In this document: in pieces, positions 49,655-61,825 of the stretch | Position numbering within the stretch: position 1 is the stretch's first letter | Layout of the letters: the number at the start of each line of letters is the position of its first letter | Assembly (NCBI GenBank): GCA_907165135.1 | Contig: OU015570.1 | Location: 186,001 to 250,000 of the forward strand | Reading direction: 5' to 3' | From: Oikopleura dioica | Taxonomy: Eukaryota > Animalia > Chordata | Length of the DNA stretch: 64,000 nt | Notes under the pieces: model-generated | What the model saw: only the letters and a program-made list of their open reading frames with translations | Databases searched by the model: none | Told to the model about the DNA's origin: nothing | Program-made: the position numbers and the translations under genes

Positions 49655-51532
49655 GAAAGGCTTAATTTTTTATTTGTTCAACAATAAAGGTAAGTGAAAC
49701 CGAAAGAAGGAGAAGTGGCCTAATGAGTCATTTAGTAAGAGTGAAACTCGGCTTGGGCAAGACTAGGCAAGACGGATCTCTCCCCTATCCGGAGGCCTGA
49801 AGTAGCGGGGCATGCTCGGCAGCGCCGGGGGTCTACCCGACGGCCTCGCACACTCCTCAACACTCATCCCCCAGATAGTTGAGATTGTGTTTATTTTGAA
49901 AATTTGAAAAGAATAATCATAACAAAACAGTAATTTAATGAAAGATAAATTCAAAATTTTGTAAAATTGACTGTAAAGTGAAAAATGAAGTTAATTTTTA
50001 AAATCAAATTTTAGAAATACAGTGATAAGTTATCACTGATAACCCATTTTAAGGCCGGCCCTTTTAAGGCCACTTTTCCGGAAAATCCCCAAAATCTGTC
50101 ATCCTCAAAAAATCCATTTAAAGGCCACTTTCTTTCAATTTCTATTCAATATCTGAAAGTTGCAGTGTCACTTGAAAAAATTTATATTATTCGACTGCGG
50201 GATGTCTTGTGTTTAATCAAGAGCTGATAAAAATTGATACTTTATATTTCTCTTTTTCGGTACTCTTTGATGATTTTTTCTCTTCAAATTTTCACTTAGA
50301 TTTGAGTCCAAGAGTTGCAATCTATCATTAAATAGGCGTGTATAAACACGCAGACGAATTTACAGACCATTTTTCTATCGAAAAAGATCAGTAATTGTCT
50401 TCTTCATGTCACTGTTCTTTGAGGTTTTCACTAGAATCTCTTCATATCTTTTTTCTTAGCATTTTTCATGTTTATCTTTTTTCAGACGTGTTCTTCGAAT
50501 ATTATTTTTGAAATAATGAAAAAAAAGAATCACCTTGAGTTCAATTCGAAGGACACATTTGGAAAAAGTCCATGATTTATTCTTTCTTCAGCGAAAGAAA
50601 TATGCGATTACCCTATAACCCTCATTCATCATTTTTTTCCAAATAATGAAAAAAATTTTTTGTCATCCAACTCGAGACATAAATATGCATTTTAAGGCCA
50701 CTTTTGAAATTCGCAGTCATCCGAAAATCGGCCTTAAAATTGGTTTTCACTGTTATAAGCAAACTCATAAAATGCAAATAGAGTGAACAGTAATAAATAA
50801 TAAGAAAGCGATCAAAGTAATATTGACTCACTGCGCGGCGCGGCCAACTGATAAGACAGCGCGCACTCTCCGACTCTCCTTTTTCACAATAAAACAGTTT
50901 TTTCATAAGTTTGTACAGTAGGGTCCGGCATGGGTCAGGGTCAGATTTTTTTATTCGCCCATTTCACTTTTATCGAATTCTTCAGGTCAAAAAACATATT
51001 TTATTCCATTACAGTGAAGCTTGAAACTTAACTAGAAAAAATTTACAGGCAATTTTGAGGATTTTCGAGAGTATTTTTGGGTTATCATTGTTTTTATTAA
51101 GAAAAATTTTACTGTAGTCACATTTTTTGATCGCTTTATTATTAAACCTAAAGAACAGACTCTGAGCTTCATTTAAAAAGATCATTGATTGAATTTCCTC
51201 AGTGTTTTCTTGGAAAAATTCCCGTTCAAAGTTCAAGAAACGCCAAAATTTCACCTTTCTATGAGTTTCAATCAAGAAATTAATGCAGTAAAGTTGAACT
51301 TGAAGCGTAAAACTTTCTTGATTATAATAGCGCAGACTCTAATCTACAAATAGAAGTGTCAATCACTCTTTGTCGAGTTGGGAATCGTAAGATATTTAAG
51401 GTTTTCGAGGTTGAAATACGATATTTCAGCCTTGGGAAAGTCCTCCGGAGGACTTTTGCTTGAAGATATTTGCTTAGAAAGGAGTTACCAGGAGTTACGT
51501 TTGAGTAACATTTCCTCTTTTTCTAGTTCTCT

Positions 51533-51573
51533 TTGCACAGAAGATGGTCAAAAGGGCCGAAATCGATATGCAA
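51533..51573 (+). ncRNA. Hammerhead motif with a core substitution (CAGAAGA), predicted inactive
   Basis: Paralogue of 7278-7318 with U4 changed to A. Confidence 0.7.
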
Positions 51574-51780
51574 TAAACTTCATATTAATCATATAAATTA
51601 TAACAAAGAATAATAATGAAAATTATTTCGGTGTTCTGAAAAAGAATCCGGTGATATAAAAACCATAACGATTTTCGAAATAAGAACAATTCAGATTTCA
51701 TAAAATATGGGTGTGGGCGGGGATGGGGACAAAACTGAAATTGATCAACTCAGTCTTGAATTTTGTAGTTCCCTGCCTAT

Positions 51781-52368
51781 GTCAAGCCCAAATTTAATTA
51801 AAAGCCAGGGAAGGGGGGGAAACGGCCCTTCGGGCCGTCAAGCCCAAATTTAATTAAAAGCCAGGGAAGGGGGGGAAACGGCCCTTCGGGCCGTCAAGCC
51901 CAAATTTAATTAAAAGCCAGGAAGGGGAAACGGCCCTTCGGGCCGTCAAGCCCAAATTTAATTAAAAGCCAGGGAAGGGGGAAACGGCCCTTCGGGCCGT
52001 CGAGCCCAAATTTAATTAAAAGCCAGGAAAGGGGAAACGGCCCTTCGGGCCGTCAAGCCCAAATTTAATTAAAAGCCAGGGAAGGGGAAACGGCCCTACG
52101 GGCCGTCAAGCCCAAACTTAATTAAAAGCCAGGGAAGGGGAAACGGCCCTTCGGGCCGTCAAGCCCAAATTTAATTAAAAGCCAGGGAAGGGGGAACCGG
52201 CCCTTCGGGCCGTCAAGCCCAAACTTAATTAAAAGCCAGGGAAGGGGAAACGGCCCTTCGGGCCGTCAAGCCCAAATTTAATTAAAAGCCAGGGAAGGGG
52301 GGGAAACGGCCCTTCGGGCCGTCAAGCCCAAATTTAATTAAAAGCCAGGGTCCCAGGGAAGGGGGGAA
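51781..52368 (-). repeat. ~55-bp satellite subfamily A (about 10 units)
   Basis: Reverse complement of the 6001-7073 unit. Confidence 0.97.
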
Positions 52369-52702
52369 CCCCAACGCAATTTGTTAAAAAAGCGTTGAAA
52401 ATAACGAAGGTTTTTGATCATTTTTCTGAAGAAAAAAATATATTTTTCGTCTGATATCAATGAAAAATGCCCTCGGGCGCTTTTAAGACAATATTTTTTG
52501 AAGTCTACGTGCCTTAAAACCCCCTTTGGCACTTGTTTTTAACAAAAAGAGAAAACAAAAAATTTCATTTTTTGGAACTTCAAATGGCTCTAGAATCCAA
52601 TTCCCAACTCGTATGGTGATAAGTCATACATTTTTATAATCCCCAGATCATAGGGATCACGAGGGTATATATAAGACCGCTTCAAGTTGACCACCCCAAA
52701 CC

Positions 52703-53100
52703 GGTAGACGGCGGGTTCCATTCTTTGTAAAGAATGGTTCTTTTTGTAAAGAATGGAACCCGCCAGAGAAAGAATCATTCTTTTCAGCGAGATTCGAAAA
52801 AGAACCATTCTTTTTTGTTTTGATAACAGTCATTATCAAGAATTTGAAAGTCAAGAAGCGTGAGTGCGCTTCGCGCCAGTCTTACAGTAACTACAAGTTT
52901 AAAGATTGCCAAATAACTGGAACTCGTTATTTTATGAAAAAATATCGATTTACGAAGTTGCGATAATGACAATTATCAAATTTGTAATTTTCTAGAATAT
53001 TGACCAAAGAATGGAACCCGCGTATATGGCCGAAATAAGCGGTTTCCATTCTTTGCCAAAAAGAACCATTCTTTACAAAGAATGGAACCCGCCGTCACCC
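52703..53100. mobile_element. Mutator-like MITE
   Basis: 9-bp TSD CCCCAAACC; TIR GACGGCGGGTTCCATTCTTTGTAAAGAATGGTTC. Confidence 0.78.
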
Positions 53101-54281
53101 CCCCAAACCACTTGCCGGACCCTATTGTACAGAGAATACGTAGGGATATCGCACAAATTTTCAAGTACCCGAAAAAAGGGTGCAAATCGATTTTTAGATG
53201 GATGATCTAGTAGAACTTTAGACGAGGATTTCAATGCTACCAAAATCATTTCATAATAATGAGTCATTTTCGTAAAAATTGCGTTCAAAAAGCTCATTTT
53301 TCGGATCAGTACGAGGACTGTTTTGTCGTTAATGATTTTATATTTTTTCCTTATAGATATTGCGCTGAGAAATCCAAATCTGAAAAAATTCACTGACGCA
53401 CCTCGCATTTTGAAAATATGATTTTTAAAGTTTTACGAGGTGAATTCTGAGCGGCGTTGCGTCATTTTGGAGGCGGCCACACGGGGGCGCGCGCTGCATG
53501 GCCAAGCTAGCCCGACTCACATTCTTTTCTCTTTACTATTTTATGCTATTTTTCATAAAATTGCATATTTTTGGAGCTTTTGAGGTGTTTTTTTTATGAA
53601 TAAGGATATTTAATTGATATTAATAATATTTGATACAGAAAATAAGTTTTTTTATTATAAATTATAGTTAAATTAAGTAGTTTTTTTCAATTTTTCACAC
53701 GAAAACTTAATCTGCATTGTCCGTCTCTAGGAGAAAGCCATGCTTGAGTAAATATGAAGCTTTTTTTGTTGACGAGAGTTGAAAAAACTGCCAAAGCTCG
53801 ATCCAACCGCCATTGTCGAGGTCTACCTCCGAGTTGTTGGCGAAGTCGGTGCCACTTCCGCCCTTGATGGCCGAAACCGGCGGTGCCCGTTTAAAACAAA
53901 GAACTTGTCGGGATCCGCTTAGGAGGAGCTGGTAGCTTCACTGAATTAGTTCGAACGATTCTAGGTCTCCGTCTCCTCGATCATCATCAAGGCCCTCCGA
54001 GACAGAAAGAAGGTCAAGAACAGAATATTCCCATTCCTCTTCCATCCCCAACCGCAACTGCTCAGTGAAGCACATCGGTAGCATCACCTAAGACGACAAC
54101 ATTAACTGCGCTCGAATCATGCGATCAGTGATCGCCGATCACGATCTGGCGCCCGGGATCTTTCCGGCACCATCCGAGAAATCCTCCGGACTGCCCAGTC
54201 CGTTGGATACACCGTCAACGGCTCCGACCACCACGATCTCATCAAATAGATAAAGGCCGACAAAATTGATTTTCCTCTTAA

Positions 54282-55030
54282 GGATATAGCCTATGAAATT
54301 GAGCTTTCATAGCGCCTAAATGCGACGTCGGATCATATTATTTCAAGAGCAATCCTATCTAAAAATGTACGGAGAACTCGATTCTGGTACTTTTTGAAAA
54401 TTTTTCATTCGAATTTTTCTCTTTAGAGCGTTTTGAAATCTTACGATCGCGATTTCTCGAAATTTTTACATTAAATCGGTCGAGTTTTTGATAGAAAAGT
54501 AATCTAGACTCTTATCTACAAAATTGTGGGTTCGGTTTTCTCTTATCCCGACAAAAACCGATTTTAGAGCCATTTCCATGAGGCTTCCTCGGCGCGTGAA
54601 TAGTGGAAAAAGCGCTGCGCGGGGTGCTCGATCTCTCGACTCCTCTTTCCCGAGAGAGTCTGCGCGTTTGAAAGAGCGCTCTGATTGGTTAGACCTAAAA
54701 AGCGAGCATGAAAGAAAAGCAAGAGCAAGAAAGAGGAAAACACTAGAATGAAAATTTGGCCGAGTTTGAAAATTTTTCAGCCACAATATTCTAGCTTAGC
54801 ATTTTGCTAATGCAGTCATAGGTTTAGTTTTAGCGATTTAATGTAAAAATTTCGAGAAATCGCGATCGTAAGATTTCAAAACGCTCTAAAGAGAAAAATT
54901 CAAATGAAAATTTTTCAAAAAGTACCAGAATCGAGTTTTCCGTACATTTTTAGATAGGATTGCTCTTGAAATAAAATTATCCGACGTCGCATTTAGGCGC
55001 TATGAAAGCTCAATTTCATAGGCTATATCC
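54282..55030. mobile_element. TTAA-TSD MITE with ~200-bp TIRs (Kolobok-like)
   Basis: TTAA|GGATATAGCCTATGAAATTGAG...CTCAATTTCATAGGCTATATCC|TTAA. Confidence 0.82.
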
Positions 55031-56086
55031 TTAAATAAATACTGTAGCTATATATATACAGTCGTTACGCACAATTCCGTAACGCACAATTCCGGACATT
55101 TAGGGAAAACGGAAAAAATTAAAAAACGCACAATTCCGGACAATTCGACAAAAATTTTAACTGAAATTTTTGTTTTACTCGATCATTTTTTGCAAAAACT
55201 AAGAATGCTTGCTTGTTTCTTCGGCTCTTCTGGGTTCTGTTGAGGTGCAATTTCCATGGCTTCTTCTGGTTGTTCGTCGACATGCTCGCGATCATCTCCA
55301 AGATCAAGATTTATGAGCTTCATCCTGCAATTAATTGTTGACTTCCTTGTATCCGGCGCCAGCTTTGATTAATCGACAGTAAAACTGCCTTTGTTTGAAT
55401 TATACATCGACACGGGTAGATCCTGGCCGTTTTCTCTGCTTTTTCTCGAAATTTTACGTTTTAAATAAAAAACAAGCATTTTGAAAACAAAAATTTTTTC
55501 CATTTAGAATCCGCACAATTCCGGACATTTTGCCCTTTTTGCTGAAAAAAAAAGTGTGTATATAGAGACGGAGCAACGACGGCCCGAAGGGCCGGCAAGC
55601 CCTTAAATTCAAATAAAAGGAACGGGGCTAAGACGGCCCGAAGAGCCGTCAAGCCCCTTAAATTCAAAAATAATGGAACAGGGCTAAGACGGCCCGTAGG
55701 GCCGTCCAGGGTTTGATAAGTCACAAATTTTGACTGAGCATGAGCACGGCTGAGCACGGAGAGCTCAAATTTTGGCTGAGCCTGAGCACGACTGAGCATC
55801 CGCGTGCTCAAATTTGCTGAGCCTGAGCATGATTGAGCACCCGGCTGCTCGAATTTCACTGAGCCTGAGCACCCTGAGCATGCTCAATGCTCATGCTCAG
55901 TGTTCAGAGCATGCTCAAGCAATCTTGCTCCATAAAAGAACACAAAAAATCAAATTTTCAATGAGAACCATAATTTATGGTCCATAAATATTCTTAAAAC
56001 CAAGATAATTTCAATTTTTAAAACTATGGGTGTGGGTGGGGTTGGGGACAAAACTGAGATAAATCAACTCAGTTTTGCAAGCCTTT

Positions 56087-56864
56087 GTCAAGCCCCTTAA
56101 ATTCAAAAATCAAGGAACGGGGCTGAGACGGCCCGAAGGGCCGTCAAGCCCTTAAATTCAAAAATCAAGGAACGGGGCTGGGACGGCCCGAAGGGCCGTC
56201 AAGCCCTTAAATTCAAAAATCAAGGAACGGGGCTGAGACGGCCCGAAGGGCCGTCAAGCCCCTTAAATTCAAAAATCGAGGAACGGGGCTGAGACGGCCC
56301 GAAGGGCCGTCAAGCCCTTAAATTCAAAAATCAAGGAACGGGGCTGAGACGGCCCGAAGGGCCGTCAAGCCCTTAAATTCAAAAATCAAGGAACGGGGCT
56401 GAGACGGCCCGAAGGGCCGTCAAGCCACTTAAATTCAAAAATCAAGGAACGGGGCTGAGACGGCCCGAAGGGCCGTCAAGCCCTTAAATTCAAAAATCAA
56501 GGAACGGGGCTGAGACGGCCCGAAGGGCCGTCAAGCCACTTAAATTCAAAAATCAAGGAACGGGGCTGAGACGGCCCGAAGGGCCGTCAAGCCCTAAATT
56601 CAAAAATCAAGGAACGGGGCTGAGACGGCCCGAAGGGCCGTCAAGCCCTTAAATTCAAAAATCAGGAACGAGGCTGAGACGGCCCGAAGGGCCGTCAAGC
56701 CCTTAAATTCAAAAATTGAGAAACAGGGCTGAGACGGCCCGAAGGGCAAGCAAGCCCCTTAAATTCAAAAATCAAGAAACAGGGCTGAGACGGCCCGAAG
56801 GGCGGGCAAGCCCCTTAAATAAAAATCAGGAAAAAGGCTGAGACGGCCCGAAGGGCAAGCAAGC
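56087..56864 (-). repeat. ~55-bp satellite subfamily B, array 1 (about 14 units)
   Basis: Unit GTCAAGCCCTTAAATTCAAAAATCAAGGAACGGGGCTGAGACGGCCCGAAGGGCC. Confidence 0.97.
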
Positions 56865-58018
56865 CCTGTTCATTGATTTTAAATTTTAACGGGCTTGACG
56901 GCCCTTCGGGCCGTTTCAGCCCTGTTCATTGATTTTTAATTTTAACGGGCTTGACGGCCCTTCGGGCCGTTTCAGCCCTGTTCATTGATTTTTAATTTTA
57001 ACGGGCTTGACGGCCCTTCGGGCCGTTTCAGCCCTGTTCATTGATTTTTAATTTCAACGGGCTTGACGGCCCTTCGGGCCGTTTCAGCCCTGTTCATTGA
57101 TTTTTAATTTTAACGGGCTTGACGGCCCTTTGGGCCGTTTCAGCCCTGTTCATTGATTTTTAATTTTAACGGGCTTGACGGCCCTTCGGGCCGTTTCAGC
57201 CCTGTTCATTGATTTTTAATTTTAACGGGCTTGACGGCCCTTCGGGCCGTTTCAGCCCTGTTCATTGATTTTTAATTTTAACGGGCTTGACGGCCCTTCG
57301 GGCCGTTTCAGCCCTGTTCATTGATTTTTAATTTTAACGGGCTTGACGGGCCTTCGGGCCGTTTCAGCCCTGTTCATTGATTTTAATTTTAACGGGCTTG
57401 ACGGCCCTTCGGGCCGTTTCAGCCCTGTTCATTGATTTTTAATTTTAACGGGCTTGACGGCCCTTCGGGCCGTTTCAGCCCTGTTCATTGATTTTTAATT
57501 TTAACGGGCTTGACGGCCCTTCGGGCCGTTTCAGCCCTGTTCATTGATTTTTAATTTTAACGGGCTTGACGGCCCTTCGGGCCGTTTCAGCCCTGTTCAT
57601 TGATTTTTAATTTTAACGGGCTTGACGGCCCTTCGGGCCGTTTCAGCCCTGTTCATTGATTTTTAATTTTAACGGGCTTGACGGCCCTTCGGGCCGTTTC
57701 AGCCCTGTTCATTGATTTTTAATTTTAACGGGCTTGACGGCCCTTCGGGCCGTTTCAGCCCTGTTCATTGATTTTTAATTTTAACGGGCTTGACGGCCCT
57801 TCGGGCCGTTTCAGCCCTGTTCATTGATTTTTAATTTTAACGGGCTTGACGGCCCTTCGGGCCGTTTCAGCCCTGTTCATTGATTTTTAATTTTAACGGG
57901 CTTGACGGCCCTTCGGGCCGTTTCAGCCCTGTTCATTGATTTTTAATTTTAACGGGCTTGACGGCCCTTCGGGCCGTTTCAGCCCTGTTCATTGATTTTT
58001 AATTTTAACGGGCTTGAC
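56862..58018 (+). repeat. ~55-bp satellite subfamily B, array 2 (about 21 almost identical units), inverted relative to array 1
   Basis: Unit GCCCTGTTCATTGATTTTTAATTTTAACGGGCTTGACGGCCCTTCGGGCCGTTTCA. Confidence 0.97.
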
Positions 58019-59883
58019 AAAGGCTGAGAAGTCTGAGTTGATCAATGTCAGTTCTGTCCCCAACCCCACCCACACCCATGGTTTTAAAAACTCATATTAC
58101 ATTTGCTTTTTTCTTGTTTATGGTTTTGATTCATCCGCCCCTCTAGAAGTATAAATTCATAATTTTGCGCTTCTTCGGAGCAAAATGAGCGTTTATTTGA
58201 CTTCGACTTTGGAAGTGTTCATTCCTTTTAGATTCTAAAATTAAGAAGCTACAGCTCAGCTTAGCTTAGCAATATTAAGGGTTCAGCTCACTTCAGCTCA
58301 GCTCAATTTTTCCGAAGAAAGCTCGCTCAGGGCTGCTCAAAAATTTTCAAATATGCCCCAGCTCAGCTCAATTTTTTGAAAAAGTCTAGCTAAGCTCAGC
58401 GCAGCTCAACTTAGTTTTTTTAAAAGGGGCCCGCTCAGCTTAGCTCAGCTCAATCTCGACCTCACCCCTGCTAGCTCAGCTCAGAAAAAATTTTCAAAGA
58501 TTTGCAACCCTGCGTGAAGCTGTTTTCCTTTTCTTTGTTGAACAGGTCTGATTCAAGTTCGGCGATGCGCGAACATGTCGCGGAACTTGTCCATCTTTTC
58601 GTATTGATCTTCGAATTTGAGCTTGAGCTCTTCATATTTGAACTTCATCTGATCAGATTGCTTGTTCGAGCTGCTGCCCCTAAGAGTCTCCTCGAGAGTT
58701 GCCGACTTAAATGCTTCAGGCATTCAATTTCTTCTTCTTGGCGTTTTTGAAGAGATACAAATTCGGCGAAAGTTTAGACTGGACCGATTCTTTTTCCTTG
58801 GTAACCGAGTCCATCTTCATTTTCAGCTGTTTGGACATTTGTTTTTGTAGGAACGCAGGGAGGTCTTCCTGAGGAAGCGTGTCAATCTTCGACTGAAAGT
58901 CGATCACGATTGGGCACAACAAGTACTCCCTTCGTCTTTGACTGCAAAAACAATTTGGTCAGGATCTTTAGCGCAATTTCTCGTTTCTGCGCGCATTTTT
59001 GCTTCGCCGTTTCCACAACAGAAAAGAACTTAAAATATGCTCTTTTCTCATGCTGATTCCTTGAGAGAATAATTTTCGAGAAATAGCAAGCAAAAATAAC
59101 GCCTCTTTCACCTCTATTTCTCCTCTCAGACAGATGCTTCTGAAATACCCGACATAATAGGCTCGTAATGGCCAGAGACGACTTTACATGCAACCTTCAG
59201 AAACTCTTTACAACTTCATATCTCATAATTTTTGAATAGATGGTTAATGAAGTGGTCTTTAAGGATTTTTTGATCCAAGAATCATCGAATTTTATCGTTC
59301 CAGTCCCGAGAAATCATCATTTTAGTGAAACTCTCCGAGCCTTTTTGTGAACAAGGCTTTCAGGAGTGTCAACCAATCAGCGCGCAGCTGAAAACAGAAA
59401 AGCGCCACAAGCGTCGAGAGAGAAAAAAACAACTCCCGGAAGTTCATTTCTAGCGATTGGAAGATGCGTCAGTGAAAATTTTTGCAGATTTGGAATTCTC
59501 GTTCAAATTTATGTTAGTCTAGCATTTAAAATTTCTAAGATCTTCAAAGCTTCACCCAGATCGAAAAAATCACACTTTGACGCATCATTTTTACGAAAAT
59601 GACTAATATTTATGAAAAGATTTCTGCACCACTAGAATCGCCGTCAAAAGTTGTACTAGTCTATCAGTCTTAAAATTGCTCTAGACCCTTTTTTCGGGTA
59701 CCTAAAAATTTGTGCGATATCCCTAAGAATAAGAAATGAAGTATTAAATATTAATCAAGGTTATTTGAAGTAAAGAAAAAGCATTTTCAACCAGCCAGAA
59801 TTTTCAAACTATTTTATAAATTTGATTGTAAATATTCTAATCTTTTCGTTGTAAATGACATCAATTGATAAATGAAGTAAAGG

Positions 59884-61211
59884 AGTTTATTGCAGATCGA
59901 TTTCGGTCAAAGGACCATCTTCAGTGCAGAGAACTTAACTATCTGAAAAAGTAGCCCAAACATAACTACCTACCGTCTCGGAGTTGCGGACGAACTAGTA
60001 TTCCTTGAATAAAAATACCTGATGCTCTCTAGTGTTCTAGAGATAAACGATCATTTGGATGTTTTTGTGATTTTCAGAGGCACCAAAATGGTTTCAATAT
60101 CCATTTCGCCCACCGCTGCCTATCGATAAGAAACCTACTTATATCTGGGGTTGCGCCAGTGGGAAAATGGAATTTCAAGATTGTCCACGTGAGAAAATCG
60201 CCAAAACGTGCGAAAATTCCGGTATTTTTCGAGAAAAATGCCAATTTTTCATCAAAAAATCAAAAATTTTTCATTTTTACTATTTTTTATGAAATCTTCG
60301 CCAATTTTAACACATAGTCACGTGGTTTCAGCGTTTTTTGAAAAACAAGCCATTTTCGGCCAAAATCCCACGAGCGCAACCCCACTTATATCTCATCTCA
60401 TGCCCAAAACAGAACAAAAGAACGCCCTTAACTGTGTTTATTTATTTACTTGTTGTTGTGGAGTAAAATATATAGGCGTATGCGAAAATTTACGTAACAG
60501 ATGCACTGATCATCAACAACCGAGTAAAACTACAGCAATCTATAGCCATACGTCTATTTGTGAACAGTTTAAGGGTGTCTTTTTAAGCTTTCAGATAATA
60601 TATTGTTTAACATAGTTAATCGAAATTTATAAAATAGCAAATCTAACAGTGCATTTCTACCAAGAACTAGTGTATTAGCGCGCTCATAGAATAACGTGTA
60701 TCTCGTGATCTAGAATAGATATTTTGGATCTGAAAGAAGCTCTGGAATCAGCGTTAACTAGATAACTTGATATTAGTTGTTCGAATCATAAGAGATACCC
60801 TTACTCAATCGATGTTGACACCCTTAAGTCAAAATTTGAGGACTTTAGTCGAATTGATAATTTTGAAAATCGATTCGCATTTCTTCGCGAGAAATTCCAA
60901 GTCTTACATTCAAATTTAGAATATAAAACGCGAGTGCAATTTGAGGCTTTAGAGATTCGCTTAAGGGGACCACGACTAAACAAGCAAGTAAAACACAAAT
61001 TATTTAATGTTTACCAATTCAGGGGCAATTACTGAAACCATTTTGGTGCCTCTAAAAATCACAAAAACATCCAAATGATCGTTTATCTCTAAAACACTAG
61101 AGAGCATCAGTTATTTTTACCCAAGGAATACTAGTTCGTCCGCAACTCCGAGACGGTAGGTAGTTATGTTTGGGTTACTTTTTCAGATAGTTTAGTTCTC
61201 TGCACTGAAGA
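59884..61211 (+). mobile_element. Penelope-like element: inverted arm, GIY-YIG ORF, arm truncated by an LTR insertion
   Basis: Inverted repeat 59915-60096 / 61033-61213; CVYLFTCCCGVKYIG..RCTDH joins EALEIRLRGPRLNKQ after removing a TTAA MITE (60573-60823); stop at 61033-61035. Confidence 0.85.
59891..59928 (-). ncRNA. Type I minimal hammerhead ribozyme
   Basis: tgca-CTGAAGA-t-ggtc(cttt)gacc-GAAA-tcga-TC-tgca. Confidence 0.82.
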
Positions 61212-61825
61212 TGTATAGTGGATCTCAATGTGCAATACGCGCTGCGCACGGAATTCATAGTATTTCCTGCGCAAACAAACCCCTCCACACGGACAGACTT
61301 CCCTGCGCACGGAGAGACTTCTCTGCGCGCGGACGAAACTATCTACGCCCGTAACAAAGAACGCTTGCTCCCTACGTAAAACCCCTTTCTCCCTGTGCAC
61401 AAACTTCTTTACGCACGTGATTATTCATTCTCCATACGGAACTCTCTTTCTTTCTCACGCAACTGTATCACTTCCGTGCGGACCAAGCTCTGTCCGTACG
61501 CACAGAAATATTATATAAGTCGCTGCGCTCTGCACCTCCATCGTCACTTGAAATTACTCGCTCACTTGTAAAACTTGCTCTTTTTTTACAAAACAACGCT
61601 CACTATTTTATCCTGCTCGCGATAACAATAAACTACAAATTCATATCCAACTTATGTACATTGAGAAACACGTACATATTTTGGTGACTGAATAAAACGG
61701 AACGCCTCCCAAGAGATACAGTCAGAGACGGAGATCAAGTGCCGCTCGACGTTCCAAAAACTTGGTTTTCAAGGACCAGACTCAAATAGGTTAAGGTTAC
61801 CTAGTAAGCTTATTTTCTCGATATC

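Larger units (their letters stand above)
50916..53127. mobile_element. Complete TA-flanked non-autonomous DNA transposon carrying a PLE 3' fragment, a G4 motif and satellite A
   Basis: TA|CAGTAGGGTCCGGCA...TGCCGGACCCTATTG|TA; collinear with 5647-7516. Confidence 0.78.

Noticed and set aside
49700-49770. Hammerhead-like CTAATGAG..GAAAC, and a VRVKLGLG peptide resembling sAC
   Set aside because: The core is mutated and stem II does not pair; the real sAC exon is at 49532-49654.
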